A stretch of 64,000 nucleotides of DNA from NCBI RefSeq assembly GCF_009914755.1, contig NC_060926.1; one strand, 5' to 3'. The DNA is from the human T2T-CHM13v2.0 reference genome, Homo sapiens. The position numbers were made by a program, and so were the translations under genes. Positions 42,151-57,884 of the stretch are shown here, in pieces. The notes beneath the pieces were generated by a model. The model saw nothing but the letters and a program-made list of their open reading frames with translations, did not search any database and was not told the origin of the DNA. The stretch's first letter is position 1, and every line of letters begins with the position of its first letter.

Positions 42151-45100
42151 TGATTCATGTTTTGGGAATAGCTCTCTCCCAGTATGTAGAGGATGGATCG
42201 GGGGAGAGAAACTAGATACTTGAATACTTCGGAAGGACAGCAGGCTTTAATCAGACCACTTCGAATATCTCTCAATGCTATTTGAGAAATATTTCTGATG
42301 TAAAGATTGAAAGGATTTGGTGACCAGTTGGCTTTAGGGAGCTGAGGGATGAAGAAAAATGGAAAATGACACCAAAGTTTCTAGTATAGATCCCAGATGA
42401 ATGGTGACACCTCAAAACTTAATACACCAACTGTTACTTCCCTGTGGCTCAACTAACCGGGTACTCTCCTGGCAGGCCAGATTGCCAGCAATGGATTCAG
42501 AGATTATTTATACCAAACAACAACAGCAACAAAACCAAAACCAACCAACAAACCAACCAAAAACCTTTGGAAGCCAGTAAAAGCAAGTTTCTCCTGTTAA
42601 ACTTATCCTGTTCATTCAGTCCTAAACTGACCTGTTCTCAAGCACCTTGGGTGTGAAAATAACTAAGAATTTCTCTCTCAAGCTGGCAGACAACATGGCT
42701 TCTTGTTGGTACCAGAGCTTCTTAGAGGTGTGATGTTGGTGAATGGTGAAAAGTAACTGATAAACAAAGCTCAGCCACAGTTTTAGGACATTTGGTTTCA
42801 CTTAGGACAATACTGAAATAGTTTTCAAATTGTGGGGAAGAGCATTTCTTAAGAATGCCTATTTTATCAACAATTACAACTGATCAAATTTGAATTCTGG
42901 ATAACATTCAAAGTCCATGAGATGATATAAAATTTGGGCACATAAGAGAAAATGAATTTTAGGATTACTGTTGTTGCAATAGTCTATTGAATAGAATGTA
43001 AAAATGTATAAACAGAAAGTTAAAATGAACACCCAAGCAAACTCTAGGCAAGATACGCTCTGAAAATCTTTCTCATTGCTTGAATTACACACACATAAAA
43101 TATATTTTTGTTCTTGTCTAAAAAGCTACCATCTGTATCTCTTCTACACAATCCAAGAATTAAGAGAGCTGAATGTTTTACATGCCATATAACTTATATA
43201 AAGCTATTATGAAATTTTGTGAAATTTCTGTTTGTACTAATAAAATTTTAACTAAACTTCATTGCTTCTTTAATACATTATTATGTATACATGACAATGG
43301 TGAAAAGAAGATACACATAAGCATGTTTATTTTAAATTTGGGGAATAGAAGGAAAATAGCAATTAATAATAAATTTTGCAGGTTCTCTATGCAATTAACA
43401 ACCCCATAGTCCAAATACTCTTTTTCCATTAAAAATAATTTTATAAAAACAGCTGAGATTTAGAGGATGGAAATGAATATTAGTCACTCTGTAATACAAA
43501 TGTCCTGGAAGCAGAGATCAGGTTGCATCTTCCTTTGTATCTCTTCCTACTGTTCTTACAGTGCCTGGTACATTACATGAGAGAGAGAGGAGGCACTCAA
43601 TATACATCTTCACCTTGATTCACAAAAACACAGCTGTTTCTAGAAGGTCTTTCCACATAATTTTCAGACATAGTAAATTCAATGCTATCAAACCAAGACC
43701 TCTTCTGAGTTTACTTAATCAAAATCTACCTCTGAAACTTTCTACTGATATCTGACTGGATTAGGCAAGGACTTCCCTCAGTCCCTTATCATTCTTCAGT
43801 TCTTTAAAAGCAGCATGAAGATAAGAAAAGTAGCACCATACATTTCTGATCTGTTAGTAAAATTGCTACCATAGTGTGTATGAAAGCATAATGGCAAAAT
43901 ACAGGAACGCTCTGACCTCAAAAAATAATATATTTTAAGTCATCCTTTCCTACTGAGTAAAGACGTTTATTTTTCCTGGAGAAATTTACTTTGTTTTTTC
44001 AAATGTTTAAAGTTGCTTGATAATTTAAGGTCAAAGTCACATTTGTAAATATGCCTGAAGGGGTTTAGCACTTAAACTAGCTAGCTCTCTTCCGTGATGT
44101 ACTCCAAACCAGATGAGGGATAAACTTAGTTGTGGGGGCTAACTAAAATATTTTTTTTTTCTGTTTCCTTTCCACTTGCATCATCTAAAACTATGAACTA
44201 GTTAATAACTGAAGTCCTTGCTATTTTTTAATCTTTGTTGCTGAAAAGTGTTTTTAAATGAATGTATTATGCTATTAAAATACATGCCCATCCTTATATA
44301 AGTCATAGCATAATTATAGTTTTGTATAATTAGAGTTTTATGTCAAAAGATTTACAGCTTTATCACCTCAAGCAATACTTCACAGCTGCCAAGGATGATT
44401 TATGCAATAATGACTTAAACTGTAAAATAGAATCCTCAAAGGAAGAGCTGTCAAATATTCCTACTGCAAATAACTAGGTTTTTAAAAATTGATATTCTGA
44501 TAAACAGCAAGTTTAATTGTGCCTAGCACAATCACATACAGAAGCATAGTAGGAAGTGGTGTTTCAAAATGACGATCATGCAGTTCACCATGAACTGCAT
44601 CAATGTGAACTCATTGCATAGATCACGGGTTTAAATTGCTTATAAAGCCTCTGGGCCACTTTAGCGAACAAGCTTTCCAAAATAATGCCTCGGTCGTATT
44701 TTTACTCCTCCAGTAAGAGCAAATGGAAGAAATGGAAACAGAATATATCAACTTTTTGTTAATTTGTTCATTGGGCTTATTACATCACTCTTCATATTCT
44801 TGTGAAATGCTAAATAAAGAATAAGCAAAAGAAGCATTTACTGTATACAGTTAAGAAATCAAGAAACTCAAAAGTCAATGGCATCAATAATAACGAATTA
44901 CGGAAACTTTGAGAAACAAACCAACAAATATGTTGGTGATTTTGATTTTCCTCCTTCCAGCTTTTATAAATGTAGAGTAGCTGGCAGTAGTCTTATCTCT
45001 AAGAGATGAGACTATCCAAGAATTTGTATCTCATAAGCTCTAACTGATTTTGTAGTTGTCATATAAATAAAACCAAGACACACTGAAGATTCTATCCAAG

Positions 45101-46471
45101 TTATCTGAACTAGCAGCCAAAACACAAGTTTATTACTTTCAAAGCAAACAAGTATGACTGTGTCATCACTGTTTAAAAAGGTCATTCAAACTAATATATT
45201 TCTTAAAATATTAAATAAAAAGAAAATGCTTGACCCATTTTCTCATGTTTTCCATATCAATTAAAGCAAAATAGGTAGATTTGATAGTTAACGCTAAAGA
45301 TATTCAAATCCTTGAAGACTGAGTTACATCTGAAAATGAAGTCAACAGAATCAAAATTTTTACTAAAGGTTAATTTCTTTATACCCAAACAATCCTCTAA
45401 ATCAAAAGTCCCTTTCTGAAAACAGGGGAGTTTTAATGCATATAACCAAGAAAATCCTTCAAATAGAAAGATTTGTATTTGTCAATATACTAATATGTTC
45501 AATACAGAAAATTCAATAATTTAATAGGAATTAATCATATCTGTGATTCTTATTAAATTTGTTTTAAAGTGTTTTGAGATCATTTTACACACCCACATTG
45601 CACAACTTTCAAAACATCATCACGCCACTTGCGGTGTAATAGATAACTCCTACTTGAAAACACTCTGAAAGATATACCTAGTATTTGAGCAATTTGGGCA
45701 ATCCAGATTAATGTCATACTTAAATTCTATGAGTTGGAAAAATCCCTGAAATGGTCTAGAAAACATAATGACCAAAGATGGACCAACATTCACTGAAGTT
45801 ACCACAATATAGACTGTGTTGGCATCATAATAAATATTCAATAGGAAAAAAATGTCAGACATTCAAATTATTCCAAACGTCCAGATTGTTGGCATCAGAT
45901 ACTCAAAAGACATGAGTTACATTTGGGTAGTGAGAGCTCAATCCAATAAATGTTTTCAAGACAACAGAACAATTAGGCTATTTCTAGTATGCCAACACTA
46001 CTGATTGAAAAGTAAGAGAAACATGGGAAGAACTTTAAAAACAATTTCTATCTGTTTGATACGTATACTATTGCTTTCATTCCAGATTACTACAAAGTTA
46101 TACAAACCTGTTTTTAGTAATGTTTTGTAACCACTCAACTTCATGTTAAGGAAAATGTAGTAATTAAGAATTGTACATTGTACATTGAATTATAAGAAAA
46201 TAAGAGTAAGACTGAAACCTTTTTCCTGCTGTCTTTTTTTCTCTCTAGTATACCAAATGATGAGTCATTATATGATATAGGCTATGGCACACTACATATT
46301 TATCAAAAGCTTAAGAGTTTTCTAAAAATCTGAACAGCTACCCCTCTGCCTCAGTAATTTCTGTTAGTGGAATAAAAAGAAATAGATGATGATGAAATAT
46401 CAACAAAATTAACTATAACATTCAATTTTTTAAAGTAATTTTACCTTTAAGCCCTAGACAAATATCATTTT

Positions 46472-46600
46472 GTATAGATATATAGATATATATAGATATA
46501 GATTTATAGATATTCAGGAATATATATCTATATATACACCTTAAAATGGGCATATCTGAGTATTTATATATGTGAGTTCATTTACATATATATTGTGTAT
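46472..46600. repeat. TA/TAGA-rich low-complexity repeat
   Basis: Repeated tatagata units. Confidence 0.75.
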
Positions 46601-47400
46601 TTAAGGCATGCCTATCTATTACATGTGTAATTTTTTAAGAGAACTATTATGTCTAACTCTTACGGCTCTCATAGCAAGTTTGACAGGAGGTGTTGCCCTC
46701 GAAGTTGAGGTATGACCTTAAGTTTAAGATGCCAGATTTGCTGTAGTTATAAAAATCAATACTAATAACTCCACAGTATCATAATTTTTTCTACATTTCT
46801 TATTTCAGGACAAATCTTGACTACATAAACAGCCTTTATTGTTTGAATATGCACAGGTTAACTGGATCAAGGTAAAAGTTCCTATTTATCATCCTTAATG
46901 TTGTAAGAAGGAGCAAAAGAAACAAGAGGTGTTGCCTATCAACTAAAGCTAAAGAGCCAAGAGACATAACTGTAATAGTTTTAGTTTTAGATATAGTTTT
47001 CAACATAAATTTGCTTTGTGGAGTATTTTAAAGTTCAAACAAGTAACACTGTATCTGTATTTCTCGCCTACCAAATGCATACCAATGCAAGCAGTACATT
47101 GTTCATCTTTCTCTAATTCCTTAAAGAAAGGAGCATCTAAGACTGATTTGTAGCATTTTAACCTCAGTGACATTATGTTACTGTACTTTTGAAGAGATTA
47201 CAGTACCCTTATTCAAAGAAAAAATTGTTTCTACCAGACCACTAATCAGAATACCCATATATGTTGGATCCCAAAATACTATATGCAAAGCATATATCTA
47301 CAATTGAACATTTTGGGCTTCTTTGCATATGAACTTTTAATAGTCAAAATTTCTTTTCAATGGGATCAAATAGAAGGAATCCTAAATAGAGGAATTTTAC

Positions 47401-47631
47401 CATTTTTGTGATAGTAGGTGACCTCCACTTTCCTCTCTTCTGACCCCAGCAATGCCTGGGCAATTTGGGCAATATCATGCCTCTTGGTCTCGGGTCCATG
47501 GAGAAAGTCGCAGGTGCATGGCTTTTGCATGACATCTGGCCTGGAGAAACCAGTCATCTCACAGAACCCATCGTTGCAATAAATGATGGCACAGTTCTGC
47601 ACTCTGGCATTTGCAATGATAAATTTTTTAT
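47401..47631 (-). CDS. KCNH7: KCNH7 coding exon 2 (231 nt), PAS domain
   Basis: Acceptor ttattacAG| and donor ATG|GTAAAA. The phase-1 join to exon 1 gives ...[81 protein letters not shown], the ERG3 PAS sequence. Confidence 0.97.
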
Positions 47632-49448
<1,817 letters not shown>

Positions 49449-49523
49449 CTAGAGCCCAGGCCAGCGCGCGAGCCGCTCTTTGTGGCAGAGCATCCTCTTT
49501 TGAAACCAGAATTCTCTTCCCAT
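49449..49523 (-). other. Candidate uORF (24 aa, MGREFWFQKRMLCHKERLARWPGL*), in frame with the KCNH7 CDS
   Basis: ATGs at 49523 and 49493, TAG at 49451-49449. It exists only if transcription starts upstream of these ATGs. Confidence 0.5.
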
Positions 49524-49534
49524 TAGCACCACTT

Positions 49535-49570
49535 CTAGACACCCGCTTTCCCCACCGGAGTCCAATCCAT
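49535..49570 (-). other. Candidate short uORF (11 aa, MDWTPVGKAGV*)
   Basis: ATG in a strong context (ggaATGg) and TAG at 49537-49535. Depends on TSS position. Confidence 0.4.
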
Positions 49571-49924
49571 TCCCCTCACCTTCCGGAGGGGGCCTCGCAC
49601 CGGACTGCCGCGGGTGAGAGGGTTTGGGGGTGGGGAACGGGAAGGAGGCGGGGTGAGGGGAGGTGGCGGGGGAGGGAAAGAGGGAGGGAGCTGTGGGGGT
49701 GGGGTGGGAAGGGGGCGGGGAGTCACAAGGGCAATCGATCTGTTTCTCTTCTCCCAAACAGCGCCAATTTCCCAGTGCAAATGGGCTTAACCTGGCGGTT
49801 GCCCAGAGCAGTAAGGAATGGCTGAGGGGGGATGGAAGACTTGTGCCGGTTTTGCTGGAAGGAGAGAGAGAAAAGGAGGCTGGGGGTCGGCGGGGTTGAC
49901 GTTTCTATCCCCGCCCTCTCCCCC

Positions 49925-49926
<2 letters not shown>

Positions 49927-49976
<50 letters not shown>
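49927..49976. repeat. (AC)25 microsatellite in the promoter region
   Basis: Perfect dinucleotide run. Confidence 0.97.
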
Positions 49977-49979
<3 letters not shown>

Positions 49980-51639
49980 CTCTTTATCTTGGTAGCTTGG
50001 GCGCCGCCACAGCTCGGATTACTCAAGCGTGCTTTAGCGGAAGCCAGCCAAGAAATCTCCAAAACTCAGTGACAAACAGCTACTCTGGGAAGGTGATCTC
50101 TACGGCCACCGGCCACAGGGCTCCGTCCCTGAGCTCCTCACGCCGCAGTAGCTAAAGCACCCTTAGCTGCAAGGAAAACACAGGTGGGAAAACAGTTTCT
50201 TAATGAGGAATATTTGTAAGCTCTGTTGGCGCTCAGCAGGTTGAAGATTGACAATGAACCACCTAAGGGTGCAGATTTAGCCTCAGGGTGCAGCTCGGAT
50301 CCCTGGGTTCAGCGGAGGTGGGTGCCGAAGCCCGAACTGAATTGGCACGCAGGTCCCTGCCCAGCGCTGAGCCGCGCCTCGGGAAAGACTGAAAGCTGCC
50401 CGTGCCGCTGAGCATGCCCAGTTTCTGCCTGAGTCCCTGGAGGGTTGCAAGATTGGGGGTTGATTTGGTCTCCAGGTGCCGTAGGCTGCGAGGAAGATGA
50501 GACGGCCAAAGATGAGAAGGCCAAAGATTGCGAGCGACTAGTACAAAAGAAGGAAAGAGTTTGAAATAGGTGAGGCTGAGCGCCAGGGGGAAGGAACAAA
50601 AGGTGGGTGGGGCTAAGAGTTACCAGCCTTGGCTGTGACCTCCGATGCCACTCATCTCCGGAACACACTAGCCACATTCTGCTCTCCTCCACCATCTCTA
50701 AGGAGCCATCTCATATAGGATAGAAAAGGGTTCAAGGGGCGGAATAGAGTCCTCTTCCTTCTCGCTTCTCAAAGGCTGCCAGCGTGGGAATCTCAGGGTA
50801 TACAGACACTTCTGTTCAAATAGTCCTCCTGGAGACTTAGGAAAATAAATGTGACAAGCTGTGCCAGGAAAGCGTGTTTTTGAAGCTGTTTTTCTAGTTT
50901 TTCTTGGTTCTTTTCCCTTCATTTTTGTTATCTTCCCCCCACCCACCCCCTTGAACCTAATAGCCCCTCTCCACGCCCCTTTCTCTAAATGGAATTTGCT
51001 AAGATTTCAATCTACTCAAGCAGAACACAGATGAATCTCTCATTTCCTGCTGGAGATAAAGGTCCAGAGATTCCTGTCAACACATGCAGTTGCATGATAG
51101 AATTTGGGGGGGTTCTTGCAGCTCATTAGCCTGCTATGCCTGTGCCTTGAGTCAGCTGGGTTCTTATTTTCTCAGTTACAGCTTCAAATCTGAAGTGAAA
51201 TAATGAGAGTAGAACTGAGAAGGGCCGAGAAGCAGGGTTAGTTTAGGAAGGTGAATCAGGTGGGTTGCAATAACCAGGAAGTAAGCATAACAACTTTTAT
51301 GTTCCAAAACCACAACCCCCCAAATCTAAACAAAATCAAGAACCGAAGTAATTCTTCCTCTTTAATATCAGAGTAATGAAAATGAATCAAACGGAAGACG
51401 TTCCTAGGAATGTTGAATTTTATGGCTAATAAGGTTTACTTTAAAAGTAAGCAGCCAATGAAAACCTCTAGGCTCTTCTAGTAGCTTGAGCTTCCCTGAG
51501 TCTTTACGGTTGCCTCTGTGGGAATATAAAAAGCCATACATCGCTAGTGTATGGTTTTATTTTCTTCTGAAAAAATATATAAGTAGATCATTCTGTCATA
51601 CTGTTCGCTAGCTGCAGCTGTGCTTGGGAGACGACAAGA

Positions 51640-51686
51640 GTTTCTCTCCCAGGTGCTGAACGTGTGGAGCTATCCATGGTTCTGAA
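51640..51686 (-). promoter_or_regulatory. Tandem RE1/NRSE (REST-binding) elements
   Basis: Minus strand reads TTCAGAACCATGGATAGCTCC (51686-51666), a 5-nt spacer, then TTCAGCACCTGGGAGAGAAAC (51660-51640). Consensus is TTCAGCACCnnGGACAGCGCC. Confidence 0.75.
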
Positions 51687-53214
51687 TCCGACTCAGCAGT
51701 TGGCAACTCTTCTCTGCCTACAACCAACCAGGGACAATAGAACTACAAACTCAGGCAAGTGGCCCTAATGTATCCACATGCACCACTCTTCTTCACCAAA
51801 TACCCAAAGAAATACAGAGTGCTTTTTACACCCATTTCTAAAACACATTTCTTCTCTACTTAGAGTCTTAACGAAACCCAAGTTCACCTTCCTCCCAAAA
51901 TATATCAAGAACTCCAGAAAAAAAATGAAGAAACTGCATATTCTGTAGATTGTAATTAAAGTTTAACATATAAAGTTGTATTTTAATTAGGATTTCACGC
52001 CATAATAATGTAACAATAAGTTATATAAAGGTCATATAGCTAAACTTTTAAAAAATTACACATAAATTCAGTGAATGAATACTGCTTTAAAGTAAAAGGC
52101 ATTTTCAAATACAGCTGGAAACACAAAGTTTATCTGTCACATGACAAGATATATTGGCACGCAGAAGGTAATTGTGCATAATGTCTCTAATTATAAGTCT
52201 GAAACTAACTTTCAAAGGATATTGATTCTGGAAACCCTTGAATTCCACTTTCCTTCTGGCTTTCTGCTCCCTGAAGTATTCTCTCTTTCTTTACAACTTT
52301 CAGAGTGGTCTCTGTTTGTTTGGGTTGGTTAATTAAATATGCGATGGTTAAAGTTCCATTGTCTTTGTTACACAAGTGTGAGCTCTGTGGGCTTTACGCT
52401 TTTCCCAATCTCATTTAACTCCAAAATTAGTTCTATTAAGGATTCAGTGTAAAATCATAGAACATTTTATAACCTATGTATTGTAACTGATTGACTGAGC
52501 AGAAGATTAAAGGCATCCTGTTTCTAAATTATCCCAGTAATCATGTTCATACATTATACATTGGAACAGTGGAGAAAGTACATTAATCTATATTTGGCCA
52601 ATAATAGAATAAAACCAGTGGATGGTAATCATGACTACTTGTTGGCTGGAAAATTATCCTCCCCCACTCCACTCTCTATAAAAGCTAACTTTATATTTTG
52701 TGTGAAGACCCAGTTTGACAACTTTTTAATATTTTGGGGCCCTTTTGGAAGTCCAAATATTGAACCAAGCACATAAAATTCAACGTTGAAATCCTATCAT
52801 GTATACAGCTTAACACTCAATACAATCTACTTATAGGCAAGGATGCAGGATAGATTGATATATTCTTAAAATTACCTAATTATCCATATTTCTTTAAAAT
52901 TAAGTCATTTAGTATTTACATATGGAAAAATATTTTAAATGCCTACCACATAATAACAACTCAATAAATTTTACACACACAAAATTTTCCATAGAAGCTC
53001 ACAGAATTAATGAAACTCTGCTTAAGAAACCTACATTAGAAATCATTCAAGCAGCATATATTATTGCAGCCATGACTATGGGATATTTAAGTGGCATAGA
53101 ATAGAAACTTTTTAATATCAAATTAAATAATGTGATATGTTTCACATTTTTGAGATGCTGCAGAATATAAATCAATGAAATTAATGTAAAGTTCTCTCAA
53201 TTTAGCAAAACTAG

Positions 53215-53563
<349 letters not shown>

Positions 53564-53570
53564 TATTTAA

Positions 53571-53865
53571 GCTTTTTCTATAGATGGGGTCTGGTTCTGT
53601 CGTCCAAGCTGTATTGCAGTGGCGTGATATAGCTCACTACAGCCTCACACCCCTTGGTGACCAAGTGATCCTCCCACCTCACCCTCTTGATTAGCTGAGA
53701 CTATAGGTACAGGTCACTGTGCCCGGCTAATTAAAAAAAAAAAAAATTAGAGATGGGCTTCTGCCTAGTTGCATAGGCTGGTCTCAAACTCCTGGATTCA
53801 AGTGATCTGTCCCTCTTGGCCTCTCAAAATGCTAGAATTATAGGCATGAACCATTACGCCAGGCC
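53571..53865 (-). mobile_element. AluJ (diverged)
   Basis: atagctcactacagcctc, caagtgatcctcccacctc and ctcctggattcaagtgatc are J-type motifs. Confidence 0.88.
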
Positions 53866-56800
53866 TAATGCAGCATTTTAATGGCAGTTTTAATGTAGCC
53901 TTGTATGGGGATCCTGGGTATTATTCTACTAACTGGGTCACATTTAACTGAAGAAACATCTGACTTTACAGTTACAAGTCAGGAAAATTTCAGCTTGTAT
54001 TATCATAATGTAGCTTTAGAATCTCAGAAGAGGCAGAAATTTTTAGGCCATTTATTAAAACAACAGTATTTCTGTGCAGCACAGAATAGTGGCAAGCGCA
54101 AGAAAGAAACCTGGTGTTAAGATTGCCATTTTTAGGAGAAAATAATGAAGATAATTCAGCTATTTTGCTCATAGCTTTATTTCTAAAATCAGCATAAAAA
54201 TTCCCAACATTCAATTTTGTGTGAAGTAGGAAAATAGATATACAGTGATTAGGACAAAATCTTGTATATAGTGAATATTTAAGTAACATGTATCCTACAA
54301 TATAAACGTTCTACATTTTGAAAATCAGTAAATTAATAACATTTACAGTAACATATAGTATTTAACTAATTTGGATTAAGGATATCCTAGTGTTTTGTAG
54401 GGGAGGGGGCATGAGACTAAGATATAGAACAGTCGGTGAATCATGCTCATCCAGGCAACATAAACTAATACCAATGACTGTTCCTAATATATTAACATAA
54501 GCATATGTAGTTAGAAAATTGAATTTTACTCCAGAGAAGTTAAATACCTTTCTTATGCCTTACTTTATATGTTAGTTTTAATCCAACTAGTCACTTTACC
54601 TCAGATACTTTGCGACAACATATTCTACATATAAATTTTTATCCAAATGTATCAGATTTGGCTAATCTTATTGATAATATGTGAATCTTAGTAGAAGAAT
54701 AAATTCTTCCCTGTAAGGAATAAGTTATTGGCAGTCCTTTTCCTAAAAATGAATATTCCTGCAGAAAATAGTCTGTCCATATGTGTGTTGTTAATATCAT
54801 ACATTCATCAATAATTGATACATAAGATAGCTAGGAACCTAACAAAACTATTATATTTTATGAAAAAATACACATATATACCTATAAATATATGTTTGTT
54901 AAAACAAAAAAATATAGGTATTCTAGGTGAAGATTTCATAGAGTGCATGAGTAAAGCTGTTTTATAAGATGATTTATTTACCAACTTTAGTAAGTAATTT
55001 AGCACATGGGTCAAAAATGAACTTTGTTGCATATAGCTTTATTGAAGGCTAAGAGGGTGTACGAAACACTTTTATATCGGTAGACCTTAAAATTGTTGTA
55101 TTGTTTTGGCTGGCATATCTACTTTTGCAATTATGCAAATTAATGAATTTATGGTATTAAGTCTAACTTGATTGGTCTTTGCACCTTGTGGAAATATGTA
55201 TATGTGTATATAGAGAAATAGATACATATAGATATAGGTAATATAGATATTGAGATTTCAAGTTACACCAAATTGCATTGTTTCTTTTCTGGACAAAAGG
55301 CACAGTTGCTTTTTTTTTTTAATGTGATGGTTAAATTGCCTCTATCTGTGGATAGGTTTAATTTCATTACAGAAAGTCTACATTTAGTATTCAGATAATT
55401 CTCTATACAGAGAATTAGCTTTTTTCCAAACTTAAATAATTTGGAAGTCATATTTTGGGGCTCTACATTTATCTGCTCATGATAAAATAATGGAGTCAGG
55501 GTTTAATGGCTCACCTTTAACAATTGTATAATTGGACAAAATAGAGAAATCAAAGTGCTCAGATATTGAATAACAAGAAGTACAGGAGAATATTTCCTGA
55601 AAGAAGAGCAAAACCAAGATATAGCCTACTATTTACACATATTACTGGCTAAAAAGTTCTTCCAGACCACAGTGCATGGAGTAAGAAACTAAACAGAACT
55701 CAAAATGGACTGAATTGAGGAGACAAAGACTCAACAGAGGGAGCTGCACAGAAACAGAGGTCTAGATATCTTCATAGGGTCAGTGCAAGTCTGTCTGAGT
55801 ATTGATTTGCACAAGTGTGCAAGGAAACCACGCAAGACTAGGGGAAGAAACTAAGGAAAATATTGTCAGAACAATTAGCAAAGCTCACACATATCTGGAA
55901 TTAGTTGCTATTCTCACCACCTAAAGTGAATAACCTATGTATACATAGGACACTGTTTAGGGTCTTCAGAAACATATTGCATTAATGGAGGCGTGAAATG
56001 ATTACTTAAGTAAAGCTTCTCTGTCAAACTCAAAAACAAGTCTAAAAAGAATTATACTGGTATGCTAATTTTGTCCTAGAGAAAAGATCAACAATATTTA
56101 AAAGAATATAACAAAAGCAAGCATCACATGACATATAATTAACAAAGTCCAGCAACCAATTAAACATTATCAGGCATGTGATAAAGTAGCAAAGCCTAAT
56201 CCGTAACCAGGAGAAAAATCAATCAATAGAAACAGACCAGAAAGGACACAGATGTTTTTGAACTAGTAGACAAGGACATTACAAAGTTATTGTAAGTATA
56301 CTACATATGTACAAAAAAGTAGAGGAAAACACAAATGTGATAAAGAAAAAATGGAAGATATAAAAAAGATTCAAATCAAACATGTAGATATCATAAATAT
56401 AGAATCCAAGAAAAAAATACATTGTATGAGAGTAAGAGTAACTAGACACTAAAACAAAAATTCAGTGAAACTGAAGACATAGCAATAGAAAATCTTCAAA
56501 ACAAAACACAGAGAGAAAAGAACTGGTCAAAGAAAGAACAGCATTTGTCACCTGTGGGACAATATCAAGTGGTCAAACAAACATATAATTGGGGCTCCAG
56601 GGGAAAAAATGAGTCAGAATGGGAAATTGTTTCAAAAGAAATTCTAAATACTTTCAAACTATAATAGAAAATTTGAATTCAGAGATCCACAAAGTTCAAC
56701 AAAGCCCAAGCAGAAGAAAAATGAAGTCACAACAAGACATATCATAATCAAATTAATGATGACTTGTAATAGACATAAAAAGTCTTAAAAACAACAAGTT

Positions 56801-57884
56801 AAAAAGAGGACATAGTCCATATAATGAAGAATTTTTACCAGAATCTATTACAGTAATAATATAAGTCAGCAACATGCGTGGAATAATAAAACAAAAATAA
56901 AACAAAAGAAATACCTATCAGCTGTCAATCTAGAATTTACTATGCAGTAAAATTTATCATTCACAAATCAAGGTGAAATAAAGAATTTTTCAGACAAACA
57001 AAACCAAGAGAATTAATTTACAATAGACCTATAATAAAATTAGTGTTAATTTAGAAAAAGAAGGAAAATCAAACCAAAAGAAAAATTGGATTAACCCAAA
57101 GCAATGAAGACCACAAAAAAAAATGGTATATCTGTGGGCAAAATAAATTTTTTTCCCAAAATTTTAAAGGTATTTTAAAAGGTATTTGAATGTTTAAGAT
57201 ATAAGATAAAACTGACAGTAGTGAATTGTGAGTTGTGTAATAATATTGAGGGGGAACTAAAAGTATACACTTGCAAGTTTCTTATAATAGATGTGAAGCA
57301 GTATATTATTTGAACTTATAGTGTAATATTCTAAAATGTATTTTACAAACTAAGGAAACCATGATACAAATCAATAAAGATGTATCACTAATGGACTAAT
57401 AGTAGAGTTAAAAAAGGATCATAAAAAATCCAAACAAATGCAAAAGAAGAGAAAAGAAATCAAGAACAGATAAGACAAAAAAAAACCTATGTAGTAGATT
57501 TAACTCAACCATAATTGTATTGAGAAATAATAATTATATTAAAGGTAACTAATCTAAATGTTCCTTTTAAAAGGCAGAGTTTGTCACCCTAAAATCAAGA
57601 CCCTCTATCAGTTGTCCATAAGAAATCAATTTTAAATCAAAGATGAAAATAAGTTTAAAGTCAAATTATGAGAAAAAGTTTAACATGCAAAGTCTTATTT
57701 TTTAAAAAACTGGAGTTGTTATATTAATATTAGACAAAGTAGATTGAAGAACTAGAACAATTACCAGGGATAATGAGGGGCATTTTGTAATGATAGAGAC
57801 ATTAATCTTTCAAGAGGATATGACAGTCATAAATGTGTATTCTCTTCTAATGGAATTTTAACACACATGAATCAATAACTAATA

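Noticed and set aside
45618-45638. Possible CTCF motif (cacgccacttgcggtg)
   Set aside because: About three mismatches to the core, too weak without ChIP data.
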